Assembly: GCA_000004985.1 (NCBI GenBank)
Contig: GG738878.1
Strand: one strand, 5' to 3'
DNA length: 64,000 bases
DNA from: Naegleria gruberi
Lineage: Eukaryota
How positions within the stretch are numbered: position 1 is the stretch's first letter; every line of letters starts with the position of its first letter. A program made the position numbers and the translations under genes. Shown here in pieces: positions 34,919 to 46,112 of the stretch. The notes below the pieces were generated by a model, which was not told the DNA's origin, ran no database searches, and saw only the letters and a list, made by a program, of their open reading frames with translations.

Positions 34919-35410
34919 TTATTTCTTCTTTGGTCGAGTAAATAAAAATTCTGAAATATTGGTAACATCATTTGGAATTATTAACAAATTTCCACTATTT
35001 GAAGAAATACTTCTTATTATTGGAATGTTATCTTTTGTGTAGGGATTATATTCTAGAGAGTGATTTTTCTTTTGTTTCTTTTTCTTTTTTGAATCTCCAC
35101 TCATAGATGCTGATTCTACTCTTTTCAATACCTTTTTAATTGCTTCATCAGCTTTATCTCTCCTTTTTCTTTTCTTTGGTAGATCTGTGCCCTGTCCATT
35201 TTGTTGTTGATTTAATACTGTGTTTCGTTCTTCGATAACTTCATCTTGATTATTTGCATTCCCTTCTTGATTAATAGCTTCTCCATTTTCTTCCTCATCG
35301 TCATCAGTTTCTGATTCCTCCTCCGCTGATAAATCTTCATTATTAATTTTTTCTTCTTCCGATTCCTCGTTAATATTTTCTTCAAAAGTTTCCTCCTCTT
35401 CTTCTGCCAT
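34919..35410 (-). CDS. Acidic/basic low-complexity nuclear-type protein (hypothetical)
   Basis: 163-aa ORF with an N-terminal poly-Glu/Asp (MAEEEEETFEENINEESEEE...), a central KKRKRRDK/KKKKKQKK basic cluster that looks like an NLS, and a conserved-looking C-terminus YNPYTKDNIPIIRS. No family assigned. Confidence 0.4.
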   Translation of the reverse strand: MAEEEEETFEENINEESEEEKINNEDLSAEEESETDDDEEENGEAINQEGNANNQDEVIEERNTVLNQQQNGQGTDLPKKRKRRDKADEAIKKVLKRVESASMSGDSKKKKKQKKNHSLEYNPYTKDNIPIIRSISSNSGNLLIIPNDVTNISEFLFTRPKKK

Positions 35411-35809
35411 TTTTTTGTAAAATATTAACTTTTTGTAAAATAGGTTACCTATGATGTTTTAATTATTTAATATGCATGCTCTACTTGCCTGAAATGAAAT
35501 TGGATTGCATCCAAGCTTCATACTATTGACATCCATTGACAAATCCAAAAGCAGATTAGTATTAGCGCCGCTATTGTTGCGCTTAGTAAACTTGAGATGC
35601 AACATGTGACATTCAATTTCTTTTAGGATTTATTAATTTCAATCGTAAACATCGTTCATATTTTGCGTTGAAAGAGTTTCCTATTCGGTGCAAGTGGTAA
35701 TTGGGCCAAAACGTTCTATGGAGAACAAACAAAATTCCACAAGGTACTGCTTATTTTGAATTGTGCATGTAACATCTCTGCATGATGTTGTTTAAACAAC
35801 ATGTTCAAA

Positions 35810-36636
35810 TTATTCCTTGAAGATAGATTCTGGGTTCATCATCATTTCTTTCCAGTCTGAATAATCGTCAGTGAGGATAAACCTAGAGAATGTGTCTCTC
35901 AAATTCATGACAACTTCTTTTCTTAGACGAATCAACAATTCGTTGGCTGTTTCAAGATCAATCACCTTAGAGTTTGCTATCGATTTTATCAATTGTCTAG
36001 AACGACCAGATACATTTACTTGTTGAACACTTTCACCTGAAAAATACTTTCTTTGAAGAGCTTTGCATGACTCTCTTCTCTTCTTTCCATTCATTCTGGT
36101 AATCTTATTTTGTAGTGTTTGTATATCTTGTAAACATTGACAATTTTCAGCACTTTTTGCATGTTAGATGTTCAAATAAAACTATTCGAAACTTACCTAT
36201 ATTCTTTCGTACAAAATTCGTAGAAGAGATTCCAACCAATTTCATCCTTTAAAAGCATCATCAATTCGTTGGCTTCAATGCCAATACTATCATGAGCTAA
36301 ATAGGTTGTATTTGTGGCTGTTGTACTTGTAGTGTTGGTTGTGATATTAGTATGGGTTGTTGATGTTGTTATTGTGGAAAGGGCCGTTGAAACATCCATA
36401 CCATTTTCTCCAGGAGAAGTTACAGAAGATGGACTTCCATTACTTCTCTTTAAACTCTGCACAAGTCTCTTTAATTTTCCTCTCTTTGAAAGAGGTTCCA
36501 ATTCTGGTGAGGATAATGAAACTTTATCATGTTTAGTAGATTTTTTGGATGAAGGTACATAGATACTCGCTGATGATGTTGAATATTGATCAAACGAATG
36601 ACCTCTATGATTGCGATGAACATTGATGTTTCCCAT
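35810..36636 (-). CDS. Small RGS-domain protein (regulator of G-protein signalling) with an N-terminal MGN motif
   Basis: Exons are 36636..36196 and 36152..35810, with a GTAAGT donor and a 43-nt intron. Splicing joins ...LFYEFCTKEY|SAENCQCLQDIQTLQNK, which matches the RGS core F..FL..EFSEENL.FW.AVE.FKK. The downstream sequence (...ANELLIRLRKEVVMNLRDTFSRFILTDDYSDW) fits RGS helices 6-9. The N-terminus MGNINV is a possible N-myristoylation site. Confidence 0.7.
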
Positions 36637-37366
36637 ATTTCACGCGTTTTCTTGTTGTTGTTGTAATATTCCAAATGAGAATGAGAGAGAAGACGCAAAG
36701 TTGTGTGCTGTTGAAGATAAAAAGTTGCGGCAACGTAAGACTTGTTGTAGTTTTTTTTTTGTTGACTTCTTTTTTAAGCCTATTAACGTGCCAATGTCAT
36801 TTTTTGAGGTGGAACTTGGCTTGCAGACAATTGATTGAAGAAAAGTTATTAATTGGCAATTTTATTAATTCGTGACTTCCTTATTGAAAGGGGCACTGAA
36901 GAACGCACACTCAGTTAATGACCATTATTATTCGATGCAACAAAGTTTTGCTGGAAGAATCTGAATGAAGTATCTGTTGTTAGTGAAATACTATGAAGTG
37001 CCAGATGTTCCTATGTTTTTCAGAGATAAATTATGAAGGGATTATCAGTGATTAGAAGAACATTAAGTTTTTAACGATTCTATTTTCTGTATCGAATAAA
37101 TAGTTGGATAGATGTTGTTTATCCTAATCTCATTTCTTCGAGGCAAAATTGTTGGTTAGGTTGACGTACGTACAAGGATATGGGAACCACTTATTCAAAA
37201 TTGATTGTTCTAATTGGAACGGAATGGGTTTACAAAACAAGAAGAAATATTACAATACAATAGATTGTAATCAGATTTTTAATGACCTGTCAAAATAGTT
37301 GTTAATACAAAAACATGAATTTGTTCATGAAATAAACGTCAAAATAAATAAAGAAACAATGTGTCT

Positions 37367-38473
37367 TTATATCTGAAGCTCAGAGACATCTTGACTGAAC
37401 AGGTTTTGAAGATTGCTGTTGATGATTTCTAGAGATTTGAGATTTTCATTTGTGGTTTCTACATTTTCATTATAGGAAATAATCTCACCAAATTGTAGTT
37501 TTACATTATTCAATACAAATAAACTTTCTTTAGATGTTTCAGTTTGAGATAATTCCTCAACAGTATTGACTTGCTTCAAATTCTCAATGTTTACATATCT
37601 GGAATAATGATATTCAATATGCCAAGTAAAAACACATAAATCTTCATTTTGTAATGTTTCTGAATTTCTTCCTAAAAACTTTTCTAAACGAATATGCTTG
37701 ACAACAACTGTTTGTTGGAATCCTTCAGTATTTACAGTCATTTCAATTCTCCATTTCTTTCCATCATACTATTAGAGTGAGAAAATTTTAAAGTTGAAAG
37801 GTATACCTACATAATCTTGTCCAAATAATTCTCTAGATTTAAATTTCATATAAATAATTGGTTGACTGACACCATCTTGTGTCATACATCTAAATATTTG
37901 AATTACTATTCAAAATGATAATATATTTTGAATAATTATTGCTACACACATACCTGGACTATTCACACCAAAAGTATCTACAACAAAATTAGTAAATGTT
38001 GAATGAATTTCAAAATTGACATCATTTTCCAATTTATCCTCAATTTCTTTAAAGAGATTATTTGAATTTAGTAATAGAATATTAGAGCAAACTCCACATA
38101 GAAATTGAGACATTCTCTTCTTCCTCTCAGAAATGATCTTTTCCACTTCAATTATTGATGATGATAAAACTCCTTCCACTTCTTTATATTCCTCTCCATC
38201 CAAAGTGATCCTATGCAATAGACGAGGAATATCCTTTCCTATTGTTGTTATTTGTTCCAAATCTTCAATCTTACCACAAACAATTTCTTTCAGATTGTTT
38301 ATCATTGTTTCAATACTCATAATTTTAGATGATTGTTGTGTTGTTTGATTAATTGATTCCGATGTTCTATTCATACGTGATGTGTTATTGTAATTATGTC
38401 CCATCAAGGCTTCATCTGTATCTTCTTCCTCACTACCACTGATAGAGGTGAACCAAAACTTGAAGGGTTTCAT
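37367..38473 (-). CDS. Hypothetical protein, 3 exons
   Basis: Exons are about 38473..37951, 37889..37811 and 37768..37367. The donors are GTGTGT (phase 2) and GTAGGT, and the introns are 61 and 42 nt. The ORFs 37910..38473 and 37367..37741 join through a short middle exon (CMTQDGVSQPIIYMKFKSRELFGQDY). No family recognised. The exon 1/2 junction is uncertain. Confidence 0.4.
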
Positions 38474-38816
38474 TTTTTTTATTGTTTGTGATTTAACGTT
38501 GAAATGTATCCTGAAAAGATTGTCATGCTACTTCTTGATTTCTCTCTCTACTTGTCAAGTGTAGTATCATAATTGTTAAGTACTATCTTTCTTTGCTATC
38601 AATGAAACCCCTTTTGAATTCAAATCATATGATGTGATAGTAAAAATTAAATCAAATTGGTAACTTTTATATTAAACAAAGAGGAAAAGCAATAGAGCTA
38701 ACATTTACAATATTCAATATTTACAGTTTTTCAAGCTTGAATAAAACTCATTGCTATGAATAAACATTCAATCAATTTGAAAATGTATTTTTGTTTTTTG
38801 TTATTCAAATAAAAAA

Positions 38817-40233
38817 ATGGCTCCACAACGTTCCATGTATGACCTTCAAGGTCCTCCAATTAATAATCCATATATTAAACAGGGAGTTAGTAGTACTACA
38901 ATTGATAATATTTCATCATCGGGAAGTGGTGGCGGAATTAAATCAATTTTTCAAACGCTAACACAATTATCATCAAATCCCGATAAGGCTATTAAAGTTA
39001 TTTCAGCTGTGTTATTAGTAATTGGAGGTGGTTCATTAATTAAAATACTTTTCGGAGGGTCAAAGCCTGTCAAAGTTGTAGAAAAGGAAGTAAATGGATT
39101 TTCAAAGAAGAGTACAGGAAAGATTGTTCCTCAACGATATGCAGGACTAAGAAATGAAGGAGCAACTTGTTAGTAAGTGTTTTTAGAATGTAAATATTTG
39201 AATTGACAATTTAAATAGTTTAAATTCACTTCTTCAAACATTGTTCCACATTCCACTCTTTAGAAAGAGTGTTTTTAAAATGATGGAAGACAAACAAGAA
39301 AGTATTGATTCTATCTCTAAAGCAATTGTTAGAGTTTTTTATAATTTACAAAAAGTACAAGAACCAAACGAAGATGGGAAAACATATTCTGGAAGTGTGT
39401 CGACAAGATGTTTAATTGAAAGTTTTGGTTGGTCAGGAAGTGAAGTTTTTGAACAACATGATATTCAAGAAGTCACAAGAATTCTTTTGGATGATTTACA
39501 AGAGAAAATGAGAGACACTTCAGTTTCGAGTGTAATTCCTAATTTACTGGCAGGTATTGTGGAGAGTGGAATTGAATGTATCAATGTTGAATATAATAGT
39601 TTCAAACAAGATTTAGTTTATGATATACAATTGGATGTTAAAGGTTGTAGAGACATTTATGCCTCCTTTGATAAGTATATCAAACCAGAATTATTAACTG
39701 GTGATAACAAATATCACGCAGAAGGACATGGATTACAAGATGCAAAGAAGTATTCCATGTTTACAGTCTTACCTAAAGTTTTAATGTTACATTTGAAGAG
39801 ATTTGACTATACTCCATTTGGAACATTACAAAAAGTTTCAGATATTCATCAATTCTATGATGAAATTGATTTGACAAAATATGTCAAACAAAAAGCAAAG
39901 AAAAACAAGAAGGAATACAAATATCATTTACATGCTGTTCTCATTCATAAAGGCTCAACTGTGAACAGTGGACACTATGTTGTGGCAGTTAATGTAAGTG
40001 ATGATGTTACTAAGAAAGAGTGGTATTTGTTTGATGACGAAAGAGCAACCAAGATTTCTCCTCTTGATGCTATTGAGGCAAACTTTGGAGGTGCTTATAA
40101 TACTGCCTACATGTTGGCATACGTTAGACATGATGCTGTTCAAGAGGTTTTGAGCCCAATGAACAGAGAGGATATTCCAGATATTCTCAGAAGTACATTC
40201 AAAAATGATGAATCTGGTTGTTCAATAATGTAA
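38817..40233 (+). CDS. Ubiquitin carboxyl-terminal hydrolase, USP7-like catalytic core only
   Basis: Exons are 38817..39172 and 39219..40233, with a GTAAGT donor and a 46-nt intron. The Cys box [31 protein letters not shown] aligns with human USP7 [31 protein letters not shown]. The His box is YKYHLHAVLIHKGSTVNSGHYVVAV, followed by WYLFDDERATKIS and NTAYMLAYVR. There is no MATH or UBL domain. Residues 60-80 form a hydrophobic segment KVISAVLLVIGGGSLIKILFGG. Confidence 0.85.
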
Positions 40234-40254
40234 ATAATTTATTATTCGAATTCT

Positions 40255-41460
40255 CTACACTTGGTCTGAATTCTTTGGTTCGTTTGTTGGATAATTTACA
40301 CCATCTGATGTAGATTTTTGTAAATTTGGAAGGAGAAGAGTTTTAGCCCAAATTAACTTTGACTCTTCAGGTACAACAGCACCATAGACTTGTTGAATAT
40401 TGTCCTTAACACCAATATCATAAATATTTCCAACTTTCTTTGTTGTTGCACCTGGTTCCATTAATTTCATCTTATTAAATTGGAATTCAATTGTTGTTTG
40501 ATTGGTCAAAACAAGATAAATATGCCATGAAGTGAAGGTTGTCATGGTTACACCCATAGCACCTGAAAGAACCATTACAAAAGTCAACCAACCATTCCAT
40601 TTAGCATATAAAATTGGATCAGGAGAATATAATCCAAAAACACCAAAAGAAATCATTAAAAAGTTATAAAGAGCAGCAAGAGCTAAAAATCCAATAAAAC
40701 CAACAAAGTGTTTGTGATTATTGAGACCAACACAATTATTCAACCATGGGCAATGGTGATCCATTCTCAAAATACAAACATCACAAATATGACAATGGTG
40801 GGCTCTTGGAGGTTTTGGTTGTTGACATCTGCCACACCACTTACTAAATTTCTTTCCTGGAAGTGATTTAGTATCAGATTTTAAGGATTCAGTATCAGAA
40901 ACTGAATCTAACCATTCTTTTGGAGTGTTTCCAGGGTTTAAGCGGACGCATTGGAAATAGTTAAATGTGATTGATCCTGCTATGTAAATACCAAGAATTA
41001 AATGTAAAGTAAAAGTCCACATTTGAGTATTCATCATTGGAAGTGTAACTGTAAAGTAGAAATAATAATTTAAAGAAAGTAAAACAATTGCAAGAAGAAC
41101 CATCACTAATCCAAAAATTCTCATGCAATATTTGGCAAAGTTAATAAAGAAAAATCCAGCTTTTGATTCATATAAAGCATCCAATGGAGACATGCTAATT
41201 TTCTTATCTTCTAATTTATCAAAAAAGCCTGAACCTGGCTTTTGTGCAATAACTACATTTGATGATGGTGAAGTATTTTGTTGGTCACTGTTTGATTCGG
41301 ATAAGAGTGGTTGTTTTTGTTCCACTTGATCAAATCTCTTATTCAACCTAGAAGATAATCCATACGAATTGGCTGTATAGTCGTCCTCCTCTTCGATGTG
41401 TGGTTCGTTGTTGATGGATTGGATTATAATCCCCTCCTCTGTAGCAGAAGAATTAGACAT
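40255..41460 (-). CDS. DHHC-type zinc-finger protein S-acyltransferase (palmitoyltransferase)
   Basis: 401-aa single-exon ORF. The DHHC-CRD is CGRCQQPKPPRAHHCHICDVCILRMDHHCPWLNNCVGLNNHKHF, flanked by 4 TM helices. Confidence 0.85.
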   Translation of the reverse strand: MSNSSATEEGIIIQSINNEPHIEEEDDYTANSYGLSSRLNKRFDQVEQKQPLLSESNSDQQNTSPSSNVVIAQKPGSGFFDKLEDKKISMSPLDALYESKAGFFFINFAKYCMRIFGLVMVLLAIVLLSLNYYFYFTVTLPMMNTQMWTFTLHLILGIYIAGSITFNYFQCVRLNPGNTPKEWLDSVSDTESLKSDTKSLPGKKFSKWCGRCQQPKPPRAHHCHICDVCILRMDHHCPWLNNCVGLNNHKHFVGFIGFLALAALYNFLMISFGVFGLYSPDPILYAKWNGWLTFVMVLSGAMGVTMTTFTSWHIYLVLTNQTTIEFQFNKMKLMEPGATTKKVGNIYDIGVKDNIQQVYGAVVPEESKLIWAKTLLLPNLQKSTSDGVNYPTNEPKNSDQV

Positions 41461-41662
41461 TTTTTTCTGTTGTTTCTATCCAATTTCCATTCTCATAGAT
41501 TCTCGCAAAGGCTGTTACTCATCTAAATACTTCATTGTAAGGGAATTTATTAAATAGTAGTATTCAACAATTATTTGATCAATCGGTTGTGTTGACAGTA
41601 GTATTCTCTTCCTCATCACACCAACAATATTTCATGATCATCACAGAAGAAAGAATTAAAAA

Positions 41663-43312
41663 ATGAGCACATCGAACCAATCAGACTCTGAGAATGAAAA
41701 TAATAATCAGAGCATACAACCATCATCATCAACAGATGTTGCTCAACCTTCCTCCTCATCAGATGCCTCGACAATAGATTATTTTAAACCTGTTGGTGTT
41801 AATGAAGAGGGTAAACCAATGTATGATAGAACAGGCATTACTTTACACGGAATGAAAAAACATGAGAAGGATGGAAAACAACTTTGTGGTTTTGGTGGAA
41901 ATGTTTGTACACAAAGACCAATGAAGACTTTTGATTTTTGTGTAAAACACATTCTTCAAGATCCGACAGCTCCTTTTAAAAGATGTGAATATGTTGCCAA
42001 GGGAAAACATTGTGGAAATCCTGTAAAATTAGATGTTGGAGAAGATATCAGATATTGCAACATTCATAAACAAAAGATGGGCATTACTCCAAAGACAAAG
42101 AAGAAGAAATCGGAAGAGAAAACACCATCCAAGAGAGGAAGAAAAAAGGAAAAGAAGGAAGAAAGTGAAACAACACCAGAAAGTAAAGAAGTTAAAGAAG
42201 AAAAATCAACACCAGATGTTCCTCCACCTTCATCTTCTGTAGAAACAACTACAATACCAACAACAACAACATCATCAACAATAACTAGCACCACAATACC
42301 AACACCTTTAATTTCTACTCTTTCAACTTCTGTTGAGCCAATACTACCATATCCAATCAATTGTGTAAACAATAATAATGAAGATACTGACTCTGATGAT
42401 TATACAGGAGTAAATAAGCCAATCGACACAAGAAAGGAACAAAAACCACCTAAGAAATCTCCTCCACAAAAAAGAAAGAGAAAATTCAATAAGAAACCAC
42501 AACAAACTGTACTTTTTTCAGGATCTGACACAGAATCCGATGTACCAACAGATGATGATGAATGCATGGAGGAAACATACTTGTATCCTCCTTATTCTGC
42601 TCAAGAAAATGGTTCTCAATGTTTAACAGAAATGGAATTTTTGAGGATTAGAAAACATCATATTGAATCTTTGTTAAAATTGTATCGAGGAAGGCATAAG
42701 AAGATGAGGAACGAATTGGAACGAAAGTATACAGAATTTTTAATCCAAAGAGAGATGGCAGCTAATATTATTCTCAATGAACAAACAACTATCAATTCTG
42801 ATATCAAGATACGTCTTAAGAAGGTCAACTATAACAATTATTATAACCCTAAGAATAGAATGAACGATACAGACTCTGTTGTTTTACCTACTGTCAATTT
42901 CCCACCTGAAAATCAACAAGTTTATCATTGTTCCAAAGTTGAAAAGTATCATGAATCTACTAAGGAGCCATTATGTTGTCATCCAAATTGTTTCAGTAAG
43001 AGATTACTTGGAGTAGAGTTTTGTTTACAACATATAATCTATGATGAAAAACAAAGACTTTATGTACCATCAACAGGATCCACACCACTTTATGCTTCAA
43101 GCTCTGATGTAAATACTAAAATACCTAAGGAAGCAACACTTGGTGAAAGAACTGTAGTTGTAATTGAAAATGCAAACAAATTAACTTTACCAAAATGGCA
43201 AATTAATTCAGAACAAGATAAGCATGTTCAAAATCTTCTCAAAAAACTCAAAGGAGAAGATGATCCAATGCAAATTGACAATGTTCCAATTTCTGAAGAT
43301 CTTTCCAAATAA
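41663..43312 (+). CDS. zf-C3Hc3H (KANSL2/INO80D-type) domain protein, possibly a KAT8 regulatory NSL complex subunit 2 homolog
   Basis: 549-aa ORF with two Cys/His-rich modules of the KANSL2/INO80D type. The first is CGFGGNVCTQRPMKTFDFCVKHI...CEYVAKGKHCGNPVKLDVGEDIRYCNIHK. The second is YHCSKVEKYHESTKEPLCCHPNCFSKRLLGVEFCLQHI. A Lys/Glu-rich and Thr-rich linker separates them. Confidence 0.5.
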   Translation: MSTSNQSDSENENNNQSIQPSSSTDVAQPSSSSDASTIDYFKPVGVNEEGKPMYDRTGITLHGMKKHEKDGKQLCGFGGNVCTQRPMKTFDFCVKHILQDPTAPFKRCEYVAKGKHCGNPVKLDVGEDIRYCNIHKQKMGITPKTKKKKSEEKTPSKRGRKKEKKEESETTPESKEVKEEKSTPDVPPPSSSVETTTIPTTTTSSTITSTTIPTPLISTLSTSVEPILPYPINCVNNNNEDTDSDDYTGVNKPIDTRKEQKPPKKSPPQKRKRKFNKKPQQTVLFSGSDTESDVPTDDDECMEETYLYPPYSAQENGSQCLTEMEFLRIRKHHIESLLKLYRGRHKKMRNELERKYTEFLIQREMAANIILNEQTTINSDIKIRLKKVNYNNYYNPKNRMNDTDSVVLPTVNFPPENQQVYHCSKVEKYHESTKEPLCCHPNCFSKRLLGVEFCLQHIIYDEKQRLYVPSTGSTPLYASSSDVNTKIPKEATLGERTVVVIENANKLTLPKWQINSEQDKHVQNLLKKLKGEDDPMQIDNVPISEDLSK

Positions 43313-43377
43313 ACCTTATTAGACCGTTACGGATAGCTGATGGTGGATACGTGTTTTTCAAAAACAACAGAAAAAAA

Positions 43378-44634
43378 ATGAAAAAACTTGACTGCTCTGT
43401 GCAAAATTATTCCTGGGGAAGAAAAGGAAGCGAAAGTACAGTTGGAATTTTGTACGCCAACACAATAGTGGAAGGAAAAATTGATGAACAAAAACCCTAT
43501 GCAGAATTATGGATGGGAACTCATCCAAGTGGCCCATCTAAAGTAAAATTAGATGATCAGTCAGGTTCGGAATTACTTTCTGAATTTTTAAAACGAAATG
43601 TAGAACAATACTTTTCAAAAGAGGAAGTGAATGAATTCTTTGAAAAGAAGGGATATGAATTTGCTTCATTACCTTATCTTTTCAAAATTTTATCTGTAAA
43701 TCAAGCCCTTTCCATTCAGGCCCATCCTGATCAGACACTCGCTCAAAAATTGTTCAAAAACGACCCAGAACACTATAAGGATCCTTACCACAAACCAGAA
43801 CTATGTTGTGCATTGACAAAGTTTGAGGCTCTTTGTGCATTTCAAAATTTGGAATCAATTGTGGAAAATATCAAAAATATTGAATCGCTCCAATCACTTT
43901 TGAGAGCTCAAAATAATGAATTAATTGACTCTATTCTAAGTAATGATGTAAAGGATTCATCTCAAGATGATAGAAAGATTATTTTGAAGAGTTTATTTAA
44001 AAGTTTGATGACATCACCAAAATCTCTCGTAGAAGCCCATCTTCCAAACCTTGTAAAGAACCTCCAAAATTCTACCTCATCCAGAGATCAATTAATTCTT
44101 AGACTTTACAAAGATTATGGAAATGATATTGGATGTTTCTCAGTTTATTTCCTTAACCATGTTGAGTTACAACCTGGGGAAGGATTATTCTTAGGTCCAA
44201 ACGAACCTCACTCTTATCTTTATGGAGATTGTGTGGAGTGTATGGCATCATCTGACAATGTTGTTAGAGCAGGTTTGACACCAAAATTCATTGATACTGA
44301 AACACTTATTGAAATGTTGACGTACGACGATCATGCATTAGAAAAGATGAAGATGGGTGGTGAAAAAGTCAACCAATTTGAAACTTTATATACCACACCT
44401 GTTTCAGAATTCAAGGTTCAAAAAATTGTCTTGTCTAAAGGGGATAAGTACACTCTTACTCCAAATGCTATTACTATTGCTATTGTTATCAATGGAAGTG
44501 GTTTAGTGAATGGTGAAAACTCCAAGAAAGGAGATGTACTTCTTTTCCCTTTTAATTCCAAAACAGATCTTGAAAATTCTCATGAGGAATCTATGGAAAT
44601 ATTTGCTGCTACAACTAATATTCAAGCTAATTAG
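43378..44634 (+). CDS. mpi: Mannose-6-phosphate isomerase (phosphomannose isomerase type I)
   Basis: ATG at 43378, with an open GTG upstream at 43351. MKKLDCSVQNYSWGRKGSES aligns with human MPI LSCAVQQYAWGKMGSNS. The zinc/active-site regions are LPYLFKILSVNQALSIQAHPDQTLAQKL, YKDPYHKPELCCALTKFEALCAF and LGPNEPHSYLYGDCVECMASSDNVVRAGLTPK. Stop TAG at 44632-44634. Confidence 0.85.
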   Translation: MKKLDCSVQNYSWGRKGSESTVGILYANTIVEGKIDEQKPYAELWMGTHPSGPSKVKLDDQSGSELLSEFLKRNVEQYFSKEEVNEFFEKKGYEFASLPYLFKILSVNQALSIQAHPDQTLAQKLFKNDPEHYKDPYHKPELCCALTKFEALCAFQNLESIVENIKNIESLQSLLRAQNNELIDSILSNDVKDSSQDDRKIILKSLFKSLMTSPKSLVEAHLPNLVKNLQNSTSSRDQLILRLYKDYGNDIGCFSVYFLNHVELQPGEGLFLGPNEPHSYLYGDCVECMASSDNVVRAGLTPKFIDTETLIEMLTYDDHALEKMKMGGEKVNQFETLYTTPVSEFKVQKIVLSKGDKYTLTPNAITIAIVINGSGLVNGENSKKGDVLLFPFNSKTDLENSHEESMEIFAATTNIQAN

Positions 44635-46112
44635 TCATATTCGAAAAAATCTGTGTTTGGCATTTCTGGCAAGCTTTCAGGTGCTTCATCATATGTTTCT
44701 TTTTTGATTTGAGTAAAGTTATTTGTGAATGTTAGAAATTTGTTGGATTGAACAGTTTTCTGATCCTCATGTTTTACTTTCTTTAACAGTTCATCAGTGC
44801 TTAATTGATTAACTGGAAAGTAAGAAATACACTTTTGTAGAAAGTGGGGCAAAGGCTTTCCACAACAAATGCAAAAGGAAGTAGATAACTGAGCTAAATA
44901 CTGGAAGAATTGATGCTCATTCTCTTTCCACGTTTGAAATTTTATATCTTCTCCTATCTTGAAATTTTTAAAGTAGTTCAAAGTCTTTTCAATATCTTCC
45001 AAGTATTTGAGATCATAGTTTGATGTGTTCATATTTGGAGAGTTTAAAAATGTTGAAAAGTTTTCAATATCTGAAATATAGGTTAAAAGAAATTTCTTCA
45101 AATTAAGTAAATGTTGAATTCTATCTAGCCTTTTCATTTCGCTTTCCTCTGTTTTAACTTGGACTGAAGATAGCAATAATTCTTGTATTTGAGATACTAG
45201 ACTTCTGAAGAATTGTTCAATCTTAGGTATCAGTAATTGACTAGCCAATAATTCACTTCGTTTTTTGTAAATAAATTCCAATCTTTGAATTTCTTCACTA
45301 CTGTTATTGTTTAATGTATTCGGTAGACTGTCTTTGCTTTTTTGTTTAATAAAATGAAATGTAAATGGTTTGATGAATGAGGCATTAGAATAAAGAAAAC
45401 TAGGGCTTTCAACTTTGGGGGAAGAAATGTTTTGGCTTCTCGAGTATGATGAAGATATAAATGGTTGGGGAAGGAGATTGCATGTTGAGACAGAAAAGTT
45501 AGATGTCTTATCAACAAAAGGAGGTAGGATAAAGCTGTTTAGGGATGGAGAATGATTTTGGGATGGAGAGTATCTTACAGGAGTAATATTAGATTCTGAT
45601 AACTGTTTGTAGTTACCATTGTTTTGTGGTTTAGCTTTAAGGGCAGTAGATTGTTGGGAAACAACATTACTGAAAGAGTTGGTTTTGAAATGAATTTGGA
45701 GAAGTGAGCGAGGTTGAGAGGGAGGAAGGTGTCGAATAAGAGCAGAATTAGGTGTTGTAGGAGTGTTTGGGTTAATCATTTTCGATGACGATGATGGAGA
45801 GGTAAAACTGGAAATGTTGTTGTCATCTCGTGGAGGAATGAGTACTTGTAATTTCTTTTCCTCCAGAAATGAAGCAGAAAGTTTTTGTTTTTGATAGCTC
45901 CCTACTGTATTTTCAGTCAATTTCTTATCAGGACTTGTGTTATTCGTGAATAAGTCCCCTCCGCTCGCATGCATGTTACTGTCCACTTCACTGCAATCAT
46001 TAAATTCTAACATCTTCTTCCAAGATGTGATTGATCCACTATCTGTTGATGACTTATCATAAAACTGATTGTTGGGCGAATTACTTTCCGTAGATGTGTA
46101 TGGATTGTACAT
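44631..46112 (-). CDS. Hypothetical Ser/Asn-rich protein (493 aa)
   Basis: Long minus-strand ORF. Its TAA stop (plus-strand tta at 44631-44633) overlaps the mpi TAG at 44632-44634. The C-terminal half has predicted helical and Cys-containing segments (CICCGKPLPHF). No family recognised. Confidence 0.4.
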   Translation of the reverse strand: MYNPYTSTESNSPNNQFYDKSSTDSGSITSWKKMLEFNDCSEVDSNMHASGGDLFTNNTSPDKKLTENTVGSYQKQKLSASFLEEKKLQVLIPPRDDNNISSFTSPSSSSKMINPNTPTTPNSALIRHLPPSQPRSLLQIHFKTNSFSNVVSQQSTALKAKPQNNGNYKQLSESNITPVRYSPSQNHSPSLNSFILPPFVDKTSNFSVSTCNLLPQPFISSSYSRSQNISSPKVESPSFLYSNASFIKPFTFHFIKQKSKDSLPNTLNNNSSEEIQRLEFIYKKRSELLASQLLIPKIEQFFRSLVSQIQELLLSSVQVKTEESEMKRLDRIQHLLNLKKFLLTYISDIENFSTFLNSPNMNTSNYDLKYLEDIEKTLNYFKNFKIGEDIKFQTWKENEHQFFQYLAQLSTSFCICCGKPLPHFLQKCISYFPVNQLSTDELLKKVKHEDQKTVQSNKFLTFTNNFTQIKKETYDEAPESLPEMPNTDFFEYD

